A stretch of DNA of 48,821 nucleotides from Salisapilia sapeloensis CBS 127946 (lineage: Eukaryota; Protista; Oomycota), in contig JAADVB010000139.1 of assembly GCA_023334545.1 (NCBI GenBank), forward strand, positions 1 through 48,821. Direction: 5' to 3'. A program made the translations under genes and the position numbers. A model generated the notes under the pieces. That model was not told where the DNA came from, did not search any database, and was given only the letters and a program-made list of their open reading frames with translations. Of this stretch, positions 43,101 to 48,821 are shown one piece after another. Position 1 is the first letter of the stretch; the number at the start of each line of letters is the position of its first letter.

Positions 43101-43831
43101 CATTCGCCTTTCACAAAGTACAGAGACAATCCGGTGTCCGCCCCTTGTTCTAGCCATTCAACCGGATTCGCGTCTTCCGGATCGCCCATGTCAAACTTGT
43201 GAAGAGGGTATTGACTTTGATCGATTTGAAGAAACTCGTCGGTAGATAATGCTTTCTCCTCGTCATCCTCTACCTTTGTCTCGACTGGTCGAGCATCCAA
43301 GAGCTCTGCGGCATCTTGCTGCGTTTGCAAGATGCGATTACGGAGCTTTCCAGGATAAGGTCGAACGTCAGAATCTTTCCTGATCATCTTTTGAAAGTTT
43401 TTCGTGTCCTCTTCACGCTGGAATGTCGTGATATCTTTCCATCGGTACGGTAGATTGTTATGATCGACGCGAGTGATGTCGGCAGGTTTTAATTTCACTT
43501 CTGATCTGCGTCTTTCACCGGAGTGCTTGCTGATGGCAGATTGACGCACGGACTTGATATAAGCTTCTTTGTCTTTACGATGTTTCTTGTGTAGCTTGAA
43601 ACGCTGCATCAACTCTGCCGCAGCTGAATCGGTTTCTGATCGAGCCGAATGCGTTGCGTGCGAAGGAGATGTAGCATGTTGCAAACCACTCTCCACATCT
43701 ATACGTTCCTCCTGCTCATGTCGACTATCGTCGTCATGTTCCTCTTCCTCCATTTGAAACGAACTCCAAGTAGATAAAGATGACTCGAAATCTGCTCGGG
43801 GTCTGCTGAAAACAATCAGGAGTCGTTTCAT
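31181..43831 (-). CDS. DNAH1: Axonemal inner-arm dynein heavy chain, DNAH1-like, intronless
   Basis: 4216-aa continuous ORF with four P-loops (GPAGTGKT, GQTGCGKT, GETGTGKS, GVGGSGRKS), stalk/MTBD and C-terminal RGVAMLTQL. N-terminal VRRINLQFDTEDP..F..R motif resembles DNAH1. Start is ATG 43831 or 43753. Paralog assignment is less certain than the family call. Confidence 0.93.
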   Translation of the reverse strand: MKRLLIVFSRPRADFESSLSTWSSFQMEEEEHDDDSRHEQEERIDVESGLQHATSPSHATHSARSETDSAAAELMQRFKLHKKHRKDKEAYIKSVRQSAISKHSGERRRSEVKLKPADITRVDHNNLPYRWKDITTFQREEDTKNFQKMIRKDSDVRPYPGKLRNRILQTQQDAAELLDARPVETKVEDDEEKALSTDEFLQIDQSQYPLHKFDMGDPEDANPVEWLEQGADTGLSLYFVKGEWRWRPCKILSYDEDTQKFLVEFQGSNRQKHVRRINLQFDTEDPVAFQERIQVATQRREETKRQLRFDHFLSKQPTTELRPMSRMMLERIHQQVVNGLSNQFPLTEGQPAALTLRALTDVVIQDYMRSMKKAKLYDQIRSQDAKCTSSQMTSIILPQQETVVPASGKVFVPYHAYERHRKNVALSHYTSIQPLLAILRRIYAEWEKSFQSLCFMQVELNSQAIETPLRITNFRALQTSHQNKVAQVLLTDWRRAVSESVIDNLQDHFNFFISDMEEYLASRLRRIVTSIEVRLSAQLRHIVVKSTSLWVDFTKANTFKGKVEELRSPSQSLFQVELRIGKKNVCVEPSTDAIKEVMVEPLEAMVASIQEIECIDGDILSLLPLEQRKLLDFEGDFDVISSTLDMIEDAKTRIEECIHHAMTDAQTIANRFVEYVEHVAFDPNAFLIEINEEEDRFEKICDKIRWFHSLIGQIDQVAFDEEALPLVCVDTSGLKQQLKDQATAIRNELVDSIVTDVRERNMDITRRYQAILKRINEKPKNEAELAKLKQFVNESRSVVTELIDKVDACHAQLSVLEAFEYKLSTDDFQLAYSTKEWPLKVTRAAESCDSALEEDKVRMMDKLALEKEEFEVDLERFESEVQAFKLYGEIDQTDKYVEMAITLYDSIQEAKAKGEDFNAREAVFGFPPTEYSILDKLDANFQPYYKLWTMCSEFKQSRQAWLDGSFLELNGSEIEQQVTEWWKSSYKLSKSLTDEAPGSAEVALTLRERTDEFKAYLPVIQSLASPALQDRHWDSLRHKIGFDEAEEELTLQMLLDKDILEHLDAVQEVGVFAEKEYALQKNLGAMIAEWEKVEFDCAPYRETGTYLVRSTDDIVALLDDHLVKTQTMRGSPYIKPIEKDCKAWEKKLQYSQQLLDEWMNCQRTWLYLEAIFSSDDIMRQMPTEARRFASVDALWRKTMEDTVNDPTFMTVMTIDKLLQKFQKANEKLDEIQKGLNDYLEMKRLYFPRFFFLSNDELLEILSQTKEPKAVQPHLGKCFEGVNRVTFTESLVITEMISAEGEVVPLRVTVDPESTKNKGNVEMWLLEVEHNQWDSIRDHTERAIATYPVETREEWILKWPAQVVLAASQVYWTQDVTKAMNDGGNAGLKEYLQVLNTQLESVVILVRGNLSKLERTTIGALIVIDVHARDTIAQMIERGVENDQDFEWVSQLRYYWIDGAKKPGTFDLQARIVNARVKYGYEYLGNTMRLVITPLTDRCYRTMMGAIDLLYGGAPEGPAGTGKTETVKDLSKAIAIQCVVFNCSDGLDYLAMAKFFKGLAGCGSWCCFDEFNRINIEVLSVIAQQILTINEGKKANVDKFMFEGTFIKLNASANVFITMNPGYAGRAELPDNLKALFRPCAMMVPDYALIAEIRLYSFGFSDARSNARKLTQVLQLSSEQLSSQKHYDYGMRAVNSILVAAGKLRQQLGSDPFWSEDKIVLRSVQDVNLPKFTTDDLPLFKGITSDLFPEANLPNPDHGALLPMIDTVCERGVCIIPDISIPLECKPEFKMKVIQFYETVQVRHGLMIVGQTGCGKTCIVHALATAMTACHEESQGAFQHRVNIHTMNPKSITSGQLYGNFDENTHEWSDGVLACTYRECARDTSEDLQWVMFDGPVDAVWIENMNTVLDDNKKLCLMSGEIVKMTDRMRMMFETEDLEEASPATVSRVGMVFLEPKNLGWEVLVRTWIKTKLPSVHADKGTFIQETLQWLVPPMLYFVDKSCVVPTTVTFLEHIASLLRLFECMLDSPDGLASDIDRVIECLLIKALIWSIGACVDAKSRLLFDQYLRDFLSGDVADMDGSSTYFAEFASKHPGYREASRPSLLPFPDEGLVYDYQFDAKRGAWLPWMENSGVFSIPRDAQFALILVPTIDTERNAWILDTLMRHQYHVMCTGETGTGKSVSIKKKMISGMDETYSSIFLNFSAQTSANQTQDIIESKLDKRRKGVLGPPLGVHCMIFVDDLNMPAKETYGAQPPIEILRQWMGHGGWYNRKDNSFTQLVDIQFISAMGPPGGGRTKITQRYIRYFNLINFVPFDSDSLSTIFGKISEWFLLNFPGGVKQLGGAIVDATIDVYNTISASLLPTPAKSHYTFNLRDLSKVFQGMSQVSTDALEEPNDFIRLWSHECLRVFSDRLIDEKDRVWFANTLAQVVQTHFETDYAKNVQGPHATLIYGNFGDAKASKKGYNELRDRKVLEASMSEYLEDYNNVSSAPMGLVLFQNAIEHVARISRVIHQPYGNALLVGVGGSGRKSLTTLAVFMADYTLFQIEISKSYSRADWRNDLKKVLQLAGVKNQPTVFLFSDTQIVEEAYLEDINGILNTGEVANLWTNEELMQVNEALEASASASGVNTGNNAEVYSFFVSRCRTNLHIVLALSPIGDAFRRRLRMFPSLVNCCTIDWFTEWPEEALRSVADHFLVDVDLPSTIKDGLVDVCVDMQERVSELTQDFLDSLRRHYYVTPTSYLELINTFKKLLNNKRVEVMTMKTRYDNGLTKLMETADQVEKMQVELEALQPQLKIATIETDALLETISKEQKDANETKAVVQKEEQLCNEQAAEANGIKESCEAELAEAIPALENAVRALQTLTKGDITEIKAMKKPPDGVKLVMEAVCIMMKVPPVKIKDPNGGPKKVDDYWGPAQKTLLNDTRFLQNLLDYDKDNIPPQAMEKVIPYAANPDFSAEKIRKASVAASGLCSWVHAMVVYDRVAKVVAPKRIALKEATAALEKAQTELKTKQDALQVVLDKVAQLEADLAAAYQKKSDLEFQVEDCSKKLVRATQLIGGLGGEKARWSEMSGQLQVIYDNVVGDIMLSSGVIAYLGAFTSAYRDRAITHWSEELHKKHITCSDPFTLTTTLGDAVKIREWTIAKLPNDSFSIDNAIMLQYSNRWPLMIDPQGQANRWVKNMEEGNNLKVIKQSQTGFVRTLENSIMIGAAVLIENIPEELDPILEPILLKQVVKTGGVATIRLGDNTIEYDINFRLYLTTKMRNPHYPPETCVKVNLLNFMATEEGLQDQMLGIVVAKEEPVLEQQREKLVLEDAANKKTLKEIEDKILYLLQTAEGNILDDETLIDTLGASKVTATKIEEKVREAAITQQMIADKRQGYTPVAFRSSQLFFCIADLSVIDPMYQYALDWFINLFVFAVGRAEKASTLAQRLTNLNDTFTFVLYQNVCRSLFEKDKLLFAFLLTVKVLVGEGKIDPGDLRYFFTGSTQMELSKPRPNDTDAWLNDKTWANVLGLDALATFLGFSSQFEKDISIWETCYNASDPADMMQNFSSISVLDRFQQLIVLRCIRPDKVIPSVMSFVAAEMGQRFIEPQPFDLKAGYDDSNCATPLIFVLTPGADPMSELLKLAAELGFNKKFVAISLGQGQGPLAENAIAEAIDNGTWVCLQNCHLSVSWLPRLEKICEEITPDRVHASFRLWLTSEPTRAFPSFILQNGVKMTNEPPKGMRANLKGSYLTIEEEWFENCRRPEAFKKMLFGLCFFHAVVRERTKFGPLGWNIQYVFSSSDLNISKDQLKICLDELNDQDPIPYAALAYLTGECNYGGRVTDDKDRRCIINILSDFYTPDILDEDYKFSISGTYYAPTSGPLSTYLDYIASLPMNEGPEVFGLHDNANISCAIAETNLLLESALSLQPRSAGGSGKSWDQVLGEAAHDIAGKIPPLFDIEKAELDFPVCYSESMNTVLTQELIRFNRLIAIISRSLSEIQRALKGLVVLSSELEAMGNSMFNGQVPTLWSSMAYPSLKPLGSWVNDFLARLAFLQNWIDKGSSPPVFWISGFFFTQAFITGTQQNYARKHQIPIDQVGYDMVVLKESHDVSVKAEDGAYVDGLFLEGARWDSRKHCLTESNPRELHATMPIIHLLPKRRDKIEPIEDTDPNGTAHVYLCPVYKTSLRQGTLSTTGHSTNFVMFIRLPMAPSHRQKHWIRRGVAMLTQLDI

Positions 43832-44132
43832 CGAGAAACATTTTCATCCCGGCCGTTTCATCTACCTGTTTTGCAAGAAAAGAAAATCTACTGTGGAAAC
43901 CTAAGGTCCAGTAGCTCGTATCTAATCAGCTATCTCCATTATAACAACTTGATATCCAACTCTTGAAGATCCAAGTCCAGATCTTACTACCGTACGGAGC
44001 ATAATCGTCTCCTAGTCTTATCAGCGCTGATCTTGATATAAATATGCAAATTAATAATAGCAACACTCAATTAATCTGTCGTGGCACCTGGAACGTCGCG
44101 ATGCCACACTTGGTAAGTAGTTCTTCCGCATC

Positions 44133-44900
44133 ATGTACTCCCTTCCTGTTCTAATGGGGACGACCATCATCCTCGCCACCACTATTGCAGCGCAGGAATC
44201 GCTATCCAAATCCTACGTCTATGACGCGACATTGGCAGATCTGACGACCTCAACTCCCTTTGATCTGTACATTCTCGCGCTCAGTTGGCAGCCAGAGTTC
44301 TGCCGTAGCAAAGGGAATCATCTCCCTGGCTGCCGCGAACCTGCTCCTTATTGGAGAAACCACTTCACTTTGCACGGACTCTGGCCAGAACTTGCGCATG
44401 GAGCTCACCCAGAGTTCTGCGGCGGACCTCCGTTTGATCCCAAGGAGATCATACGTCAAGTTGGGATCGATGCGATGGTACAGTACTGGCCGGACGTTAA
44501 GTACAACATTTCCGATCCTTCCTACTCGGACTTTTGGGCGCATGAGTGGACACGTCATGGCTCATGCTCGAAGCTCGATCAAGTGACTTACTTTAGCTCT
44601 GCTGTGAATATCTTAAGGAACGATACACAAGGCACGCTGACGCCGCAATTGATTCAAGACAATCTTGGCAGTAGTATCTCTTTGAAAGACTTACGTGCGT
44701 CGTTCGCACCGTCGGAGAATGGACTACCACCTGTCGTGCTCAAGTGTGATCGAGGTGGTGTACTAGCACAAGTGTTCATGTGCTGGGATAAGGATGAAAA
44801 GAACAGGCCGACGCATCGAACGAAATGTCCTGATCATATCCTCAAGGAAGACACGTGCCGAGGTGTCAAAGTGTATATACAAGCTTTCCCACAAATGTAA
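44133..44900 (+). CDS. Secreted ribonuclease T2
   Basis: Signal peptide (MYSLPVLMGTTIILATTIAA), LALSWQPEFC, CAS I FTLHGLWP, CAS II FWAHEWTRHGSCS. Confidence 0.95.
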   Translation: MYSLPVLMGTTIILATTIAAQESLSKSYVYDATLADLTTSTPFDLYILALSWQPEFCRSKGNHLPGCREPAPYWRNHFTLHGLWPELAHGAHPEFCGGPPFDPKEIIRQVGIDAMVQYWPDVKYNISDPSYSDFWAHEWTRHGSCSKLDQVTYFSSAVNILRNDTQGTLTPQLIQDNLGSSISLKDLRASFAPSENGLPPVVLKCDRGGVLAQVFMCWDKDEKNRPTHRTKCPDHILKEDTCRGVKVYIQAFPQM

Positions 44901-44968
44901 AGAATCAATCAATCTTGCATTCTTTCAATTTCGATTTCAACGTGTTCGTACGATACCTCGTCAAGGAC

Positions 44969-45571
44969 TTACGCCGCCATTTTCTTCACGATTTCTGCAA
45001 AGCTTTCGCCCTGCGTTTCCGCAAGATCCAACTCCAATTCACTCGGTTGGCGAGATCCGTCCGGACCGGCGTATGTACCAGCGCCGTACGGACTACCACC
45101 ATGGACATTTTCCATATCAAATAGTTTCGGATTGCGGTATCCGAGCGGCACAAAGACAATGCCTTGGTGCGTCAAGAACGTGATTGACGTCAACGCCGTC
45201 GTCTCCTGTCCGCCACCTTGCGTTGCACTGCTAAAGAAGATACCAGCCAACTTCCCGATGAGCGCGCCTTCGCCCCAGAGTCCTCCACACTGGTCAAAGA
45301 GTGCACGAATCTGGGCAGGAGTGGATCCGAATCTCGTCGGAATGCCAAAGAGGATGCCATCCGCATCTCGAAGCGTCTCCGGCGACGCGATCGGATGATC
45401 TTTCTTCGGACCCGCGTGCATTTTGGAGAGCACTTCATCGGAGAGTGTCTCGGCCACTTGGTAGATCTCGACTTGGACGCCAGAGATCTTTTCGACGCCC
45501 TTTTTAATTGACTCGGCCAACGTCGCGATGTGGCCGTACATGGAGTAATAGACGATAGCAATCTTTGCCAT
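44969..45571 (-). CDS. wrbA: NAD(P)H:quinone oxidoreductase type IV, flavodoxin-like (WrbA/Pst2 family)
   Basis: 200 aa from ATG 45571. FMN loop YYSMYGHI, FGIPTRFG, FSSATQGGGQETT, HGGSPYGAGTYAGPDGSRQPSELEL. Confidence 0.95.
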   Translation of the reverse strand: MAKIAIVYYSMYGHIATLAESIKKGVEKISGVQVEIYQVAETLSDEVLSKMHAGPKKDHPIASPETLRDADGILFGIPTRFGSTPAQIRALFDQCGGLWGEGALIGKLAGIFFSSATQGGGQETTALTSITFLTHQGIVFVPLGYRNPKLFDMENVHGGSPYGAGTYAGPDGSRQPSELELDLAETQGESFAEIVKKMAA

Positions 45572-45615
45572 GCTTCGTTTCCGTTGCTTTTGCTCTTCGA
45601 TGTCTTTCCGGAAAG

Positions 45616-45633
45616 GAAAATTCCAAAATGAGC
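45616..45633 (-). promoter_or_regulatory. Oomycete Inr+FPR core promoter of wrbA
   Basis: Minus strand reads GCTCATT-TTGG-AATTTTC, a full match to GCTCATTY + MWTTTNC, about 45 nt upstream of ATG 45571. Confidence 0.75.
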
Positions 45634-45866
45634 TTTTCAACTTGCATCAGATCCAGGCTTGAAGTTGCGGGTTCGATGGAAATGTAGACTACGATTCGAT
45701 CTTTAAAGGTAGGATGAGACTATACAAGATACAAGTGGATCGCACTGTGTCGGATGTAAATTTCAGTGAGACCTCGGACGGTAGGAAGGATGCTTTTTGT
45801 TTCTATAGCGACGTGAATACAGGAAAAGAGAATTTATTGTAGCTTTATGAGTCTAGTAGTACTACA

Positions 45867-46415
45867 TCACGACTTGGTGTCTCGATCGGAAGTGGTTTCT
45901 ACGCTAGCTGTCGTTGTTTCTTGCGGCGCCTGAGCTTGCATCACCTTTCTTGGTGTCTCTCTTTGTCGAATGCATAGAATGCAGAGCCAGCCACCTAGTA
46001 TCAAGGCGCAGAAGATGGAGACAAAGTACAGGTGGATGTATGGTAACGTCCCTCCGTTCTGAACGCACTCTTCATCGAGCGAGCTCACGTTGTCACAAAC
46101 TCGTGGACACACGCAACCATCCTGACCTTTGCGCTCGCTGTCAGGCATGCCGGTATGAGGCATCTTGCAGTAAATATCGGCATGATGACAGTAGTTCACA
46201 TTGTCGAGACTTGTCGAGGCCATTTTGCAATTGCCAGAAGTCAGGTCGAACGTACAGCCTGGTTGTGAATAGCATTCATAACATCGTGGCCGGAAATTGC
46301 AGGTACCGTATCGAGGGTACGACAACTGATTCACTTTATCACAGACGTCGTCCGCAGATACCATGCTACCCCAGCATGACAGCGCAATGAGCATCATCCA
46401 AAGTGATGGTGCCAT
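45867..46415 (-). CDS. Small type I membrane protein with Cys-rich (PSI-like) ectodomain
   Basis: 182 aa. Signal peptide MAPSLWMMLIALSCWGSMVSA, 13 ectodomain Cys (CNFRPRCYEC...YCHHADIYC...CVCPRVCD), TM helix LYFVSIFCALILGGWLCILCI, short tail. Confidence 0.8.
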   Translation of the reverse strand: MAPSLWMMLIALSCWGSMVSADDVCDKVNQLSYPRYGTCNFRPRCYECYSQPGCTFDLTSGNCKMASTSLDNVNYCHHADIYCKMPHTGMPDSERKGQDGCVCPRVCDNVSSLDEECVQNGGTLPYIHLYFVSIFCALILGGWLCILCIRQRETPRKVMQAQAPQETTTASVETTSDRDTKS

Positions 46416-46815
46416 GCTTCTCGTCCACTATAACGTAACGCTTGCACGCTTGTGATGTACGATGCAAATGAACAAGTGTCTCCCCATCATGCCTGCATAA
46501 AGTAGGGACCAATGGTTGCTTCGACTGGAGAGATGGCAGCTGTAGATTAGAAATCAAAGCTAATCATCCAACCTTGAGTCGAATCAATCTATTCTTGTAT
46601 ACTACTTTTGTGTATCGAAAATACTTACAGTCCTACTCTATGCTCCGAGCACACTTTAGTCAATATCTGCGGTCAAAAATTGCGCCGTATATCAGGAGAC
46701 AACGTGCGCTGACGATCACGTAAGTCTATACTAAATCCCAGGTACATGCTACTTAAGGATCGAGCTAGTAAAACCAAGGCATATTATCCGATTATTTCTC
46801 CACTTGGACGAATAA

Positions 46816-47724
46816 TTAACTGTCATTTACGGCGCCATAGTCTTCATTGGCACGTGGAGATTTCTTCGCTTTGCCAAATTTTGGCAATGGGATTAAGATG
46901 CTCGTATTCTCCTTGTACTCTTGATACTCAGGTCGGTCGCCGTATTTCTTATCATTATTTTTCTCCAGCATCGGGATACCTGAGATCAGTGTAATCAGTA
47001 GTGTCACAAAGATCGGGCCGATCATTGCTGTCAATTGGTATTCAAGTCCATCGATGGCATGGACGACGATCAGAAACATGCCAATCCATAGCGTGATTTC
47101 ACCAAAGTAATTCGGGTGACGACTGTACCACCACAAGCCTTCGCGAATAAACTCGTCCTTGTTCCGTTCGTCCGCTTTAAAACGTGACTTTTGCGTATCT
47201 GCAGTGACTTCACACACGAAACCGACGACCCATACGACGATACCAACAATGTCCAATGCATGCACGCTCTTCCGGTTTCCATGTGCCATCAATAGCAGCA
47301 CTGGAAGCAACGTGAGCAGGACCCAAAGACCCTGAATCGTCCAAACGGAAAAGAAGAGAAGAGGGTTGCCTCGGATATCCTTGAAGCGCTTGTCTTCGCC
47401 AGCAGCTCGAATGCGTTTAAATAGAAAAGTCCCTAGACGAAGGCACCAGATCCAGACGAAGACGGTCACGATGATAGCTCGCCAATCATGCTCGTCCGCA
47501 AGGCCGAGTGCAAGGCCAGAGGTGAGTGCGTACGTCAATGAGCCCGTGAGATCAAAGACACTTTCGTCTTGCTTCGGAATAGCGTACAGGAGAGACACAA
47601 CCCATTGTACACCGTAGGCTACGAGCGCAAACGGCCACGTGCCAGTGGGGATGGAGACGGCTGCGCCAACGGCAGTGCTGATAATGGCACCACCAAAGTC
47701 TTTAGCGAATTGTGCGAAGCCCAT
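46816..47724 (-). CDS. DUF1295 / steroid 5-alpha-reductase-like polytopic membrane protein
   Basis: 302 aa from ATG 47724. Motifs FDLTGSLTY, WCLRLGTFLFKRI...GEDKRF, EVTADTQK..F, GLWWYSRHPNYFGE..LW.G, SGIPMLEK...KYG..PEYQEY. Confidence 0.92.
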   Translation of the reverse strand: MGFAQFAKDFGGAIISTAVGAAVSIPTGTWPFALVAYGVQWVVSLLYAIPKQDESVFDLTGSLTYALTSGLALGLADEHDWRAIIVTVFVWIWCLRLGTFLFKRIRAAGEDKRFKDIRGNPLLFFSVWTIQGLWVLLTLLPVLLLMAHGNRKSVHALDIVGIVVWVVGFVCEVTADTQKSRFKADERNKDEFIREGLWWYSRHPNYFGEITLWIGMFLIVVHAIDGLEYQLTAMIGPIFVTLLITLISGIPMLEKNNDKKYGDRPEYQEYKENTSILIPLPKFGKAKKSPRANEDYGAVNDS

Positions 47725-47747
47725 GAAGCTGACTTGTCGGCTGCGTT

Positions 47748-47765
47748 GCAAATGCGGGAATGAAC
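47748..47765 (-). promoter_or_regulatory. Oomycete Inr+FPR core promoter of the DUF1295 gene
   Basis: Minus strand reads GTTCATT-CCCG-CATTTGC, a full Inr+FPR match ending 23 nt upstream of ATG 47724; supports that start over the longer ORF. Confidence 0.75.
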
Positions 47766-48664
47766 AGCGGCAGGTATAAACGGTCGAGATAGGAGGAATG
47801 ATGGTAGGGAGTGTAGTTCGAACGTCGATTGCGTTCCTGGAGTTTTTTAACTTCAACCTTCCGTCGGAATGGATAGTATCAAAAGTCAAGGTAGGAACTA
47901 GAAATTGTCTTCTGTACGTGCAGTGGTAGTTTGTATTCGTATTGTACTTGAAATTGTATTGTGCTTTCCTTGTATGAAATTACAATGGTATTAGTAGCTG
48001 CTTTTGAAGCAAGATCATTTATCGTTTTCAGCAAGGTTATGCTTTCATGGCGGTACTTTGTTAGCAGTAACGTGGTAAAAGACTGATACGAAAGGTTGAT
48101 GCTGCATCCGATATAGCATGATTGTTTTGACAGCACAATCACAAGCATTCCGTACTAGTAGCGTGCTTGAGACAGATACGTGAAGCAAGTTCAGTACTGT
48201 TCAGCTATCTTCAAAAAATATCCAAGCGATCCGTTCAACTCTATATCGAACGCTGTTTATGCGAAAATGTTTTGCACTCCCCATCGTTCAGTAACACGTT
48301 GTATAGCACTTTCATGTGTATCTGGCCGGAACTAGTTGCCGTAGAAGTACAGCTATGCACCTTTGAATAACCATCATCGTTTCTGAAGCGGTTTCTCCAC
48401 ATACATGTTTCAACGACAACAAACAAAGCCGTGTAGCCTAGTCTAGAGGTATTGGTCACTCCATCACAGAAGTCATTGGCGACATACGCTCAGTGAAAGA
48501 TGACCTTGCAGCTCGAACCAAAGCGAGCACATATACTCTGGAAGCACCGTCTATTAAATACCATCATGAAACACATTTTAAACAAACTCTACCCACAGTC
48601 AACTCCAGTTTCTTTAGCGCTGCTTCACTACTATTCATGCACCACGCTTCTCCTCTCCTTTGAA

Positions 48665-48821
48665 CTATCCAGTAGTTGATTCATCCTGTCGAAGTCGTAG
48701 CTCCGTCATCTTCAGCCACGCCAACTGCCGACCACGTGCCTGATCGTTGAGAGAGAGCTCCGAAATGCTGCCCCGCCATACATTCTCAATCATCGTATCC
48801 AACTCGTCTTCACCCTCCGCA
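48665..48821 (-). CDS. Possible 3' end of a gene truncated by the window edge
   Basis: Open frame from the window end to TAG at 48665-48667: AEGEDELDTMIENVWRGSISELSLNDQARGRQLAWLKMTELRLRQDESTTG*. Protein-like composition; no family recognised. Confidence 0.35.
   Translation of the reverse strand, partial: AEGEDELDTMIENVWRGSISELSLNDQARGRQLAWLKMTELRLRQDESTTG

Noticed and set aside
44133-47724. RNase T2 + wrbA + Cys-rich TM + DUF1295 as a detoxification or defence cluster
   Set aside because: No shared pathway, mixed strands, all widespread families. Adjacency is explained by general gene density.
48241-48459. 72-aa minus-strand ORF near the right edge
   Set aside because: No recognisable family and no consistent splice link to the 48665-48821 fragment.
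48526-48537. AGCACATATACT, matching the 5' region of U6 snRNA
   Set aside because: Only 12 nt match; the essential ACAGAGA box and the rest of U6 are absent.

Overview
Gene-dense eukaryotic nuclear DNA, most consistent with a flagellated oomycete or close pseudofungal relative. Evidence: oomycete-type Inr+FPR core promoters, short 51-68 nt GT-AG introns, START-FYVE(-GAF) architectures and an axonemal dynein. The window holds one tRNA-Lys(CUU), 18 supported protein-coding genes and a possible truncated 19th at the right edge. The genes are: two Cys-rich single-pass membrane proteins, START-FYVE, COG7, a tandem double ATP-grasp ligase, an acidic repeat protein, MFI/C11orf65, an SLC25 carrier, PH+coiled-coil, a helical-repeat mitochondrial membrane protein, TUP1, START-FYVE-GAF, a methyltransferase-MYND fusion, a DUSP-Tudor-USP deubiquitinase, an intronless DNAH1-like dynein, RNase T2, WrbA and DUF1295. 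Genes mostly alternate strands with very short head-to-head and tail-to-tail gaps. No transposon, CRISPR or rRNA was found. Strongest leads: (1) a probably myristoylated two-active-site L-amino-acid-ligase-type ATP-grasp enzyme, (2) a Rossmann methyltransferase-MYND fusion, (3) a spaced ~24-nt direct-repeat array in the SLC25 carrier leader, (4) a Tudor-containing USP. All family calls are from motif recognition by eye; no searches were run.
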